A DNA stretch of 46,608 nucleotides, taken from a virus. Taxonomy: Duplodnaviria; Caudoviricetes. A model generated the notes under the pieces. That model had not been told where the DNA came from, made no database searches, and saw only the letters and a list, made by a program, of their open reading frames with translations. The stretch spans positions 1 to 46,608 of the IMG/VR virus record IMGVR_UViG_3300032212_000025; one strand, given 5' to 3'. Position 1 is the first letter of the stretch; each line of letters opens with the position of its first letter. A program made the position numbers and the translations under genes. Below, piece by piece: positions 45,630-46,608 of this stretch.

Positions 45630-45827
45630 TTACAGTTCAGCGTCAACATGTTCTGTGTATTCAGCGAATGCTTCAACAATTTTTGATTTTCGTCCTGGGT
45701 CCAGATTCTTTTTTGCACCTTCTGCTGCTGTACCTGCAACAATAGAAGCGATATAAATATTATCAGCACCTTCATCCATCGGTACATCTTCACATTCTAA
45801 AATAACAGTAATTTTATATTTCATCAT
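45630..45827 (-). CDS. Hypothetical protein
   Basis: ATGA-coupled; ends at the terminator. Confidence 0.6.
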   Translation of the reverse strand: MMKYKITVILECEDVPMDEGADNIYIASIVAGTAAEGAKKNLDPGRKSKIVEAFAEYTEHVDAEL

Positions 45828-46084
45828 CCATACCTCTCTTCATAATCTGCTTCAGTGGGTCCAGTCGGATGTTCACTACACCAAACTGATGACCCTTTCT
45901 TATGTGGGAAATGCAACCCATCACAATGACAGGTGCGTGCTTTGTTACGTTTACGATCACAGCTGTAATCATGTAGCGTACCACCACAGTTACAATTCTT
46001 ATCAGTTGCATAGTGGCTGAGTGGTTTACTGAGTGTATAGATCCTGCGACATGCAGCACGACCGCATCTGTATTTATATTTCAT
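45824..46084 (-). CDS. Cys/His-rich putative Zn-binding protein
   Basis: RCGRAACRR...CNCGG...TCHCDGLHFPHKKGS..C..HP. Confidence 0.7.
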   Translation of the reverse strand: MKYKYRCGRAACRRIYTLSKPLSHYATDKNCNCGGTLHDYSCDRKRNKARTCHCDGLHFPHKKGSSVWCSEHPTGPTEADYEERYG

Positions 46085-46283
46085 TTAATTGATTACACTT
46101 AGCTTCTGGATTTTTACGACCAATACCGTATTTACATTCTTCACAAGTTAACGAACTTTGATATTCACAATCATAATCACCGTTCATTTCATCATGAGAA
46201 CCTAAACATTTAGGGTGACGTGTCTTAGTATAATGTTCACCAGTCGCACCGTTCTGACCAATGATATCTATTCGACTACTCAT
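46074..46283 (-). CDS. Small Cys-rich protein
   Basis: RIDIIGQNG N-terminus; C...C...CEEC...C. Confidence 0.65.
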   Translation of the reverse strand: MSSRIDIIGQNGATGEHYTKTRHPKCLGSHDEMNGDYDCEYQSSLTCEECKYGIGRKNPEAKCNQLNEI

Positions 46284-46441
46284 TTCTTCATGATCTTATA
46301 ACAACAATCACCACAGAACCCAGCACCAACGAACGGTAGATAATAACCACCGGGTTGATGTAACTCTTTACCGCAACAGCGACAGTCAGTACGGTTGCAG
46401 TTTTCAAATAACCACTCAAAAAATTTCTTTAGCCATCTCAT
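46280..46441 (-). CDS. Small Cys-rich protein (53 aa, MRWLKKFFEW...)
   Basis: Its ATG overlaps the primase-helicase stop (TGATG); CRCCGK...FCGDCC. Confidence 0.6.
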   Translation of the reverse strand: MRWLKKFFEWLFENCNRTDCRCCGKELHQPGGYYLPFVGAGFCGDCCYKIMKK

Positions 46442-46608
46442 CACTTCACCACCTTCATCATTGCTGCACCACGCGCCTCAGCCATTTGACGCTCATATTC
46501 TTGGTACAATGTTTTAGAATCCATACCTTCATATTTACCTGTATTACGCAGCACCCACAACCTCACTCTGTCACCGTGGCGATAGCAGGTCACTTGCTTA
46601 TACGATCC
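46441..46608 (-). CDS. C-terminal end of the primase-helicase (continuation across the junction)
   Basis: Reads ...GMDSKTLYQEYERQMAEARGAAMMKVVK-stop, in frame with 1..2545. Confidence 0.85.
   Translation of the reverse strand, partial: GSYKQVTCYRHGDRVRLWVLRNTGKYEGMDSKTLYQEYERQMAEARGAAMMKVVK
46482..46608. repeat. Terminal direct repeat, right copy
   Basis: Identical to 1-127. Confidence 0.95.

Noticed and set aside
46482-46608. 127-bp end repeat as a biological terminal repeat
   Set aside because: The length equals a common assembler k-mer and it falls inside a coding sequence, so it is most likely a circularisation overlap.

Overview
This window looks like a complete ~46.5-kb circularly assembled podovirus-type dsDNA phage genome: bases 1-127 are repeated exactly at 46482-46608, giving a unit length of 46481 bp. 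The + strand replication arm (about 3.0-12.3 kb) has an RHH-like regulator, DUF2800/Cas4-like nuclease, DUF2815 SSB, a Gp49/Acb4-like protein, family B DNA polymerase, VRR-NUC, an HNH-AP2 endonuclease and an SNF2 helicase. A divergent RepB-type primase/SF3-helicase gene wraps around the window ends and is missing from the ORF track. The long - strand late arm (about 12.3-42.2 kb) has a BPP-1/epsilon15-like virion module, a 2853-aa polyvalent ejection protein, a tailspike and lysis genes. A non-coding iteron/IHF region and small early genes follow. I saw no integrase, reverse transcriptase or CRISPR array. The most notable observations are: (1) a 194-nt tRNA-Leu-like RNA with an abnormal anticodon loop and a ~115-nt structured insertion, inside a small RNA-structure/anti-defence island; (2) an EV[S/N]FF motif shared by four unrelated DNA-handling proteins; (3) a nested gene with its own ribosome-binding site overlapping an ADP-ribosyltransferase-like module of the giant virion protein, whose modules are bounded by [LF]xQ motifs; (4) an IHF-plus-iteron array upstream of terS; and (5) a stand-alone NrdJb-like gene. 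All family assignments are by eye from motifs and gene order; no searches were run.
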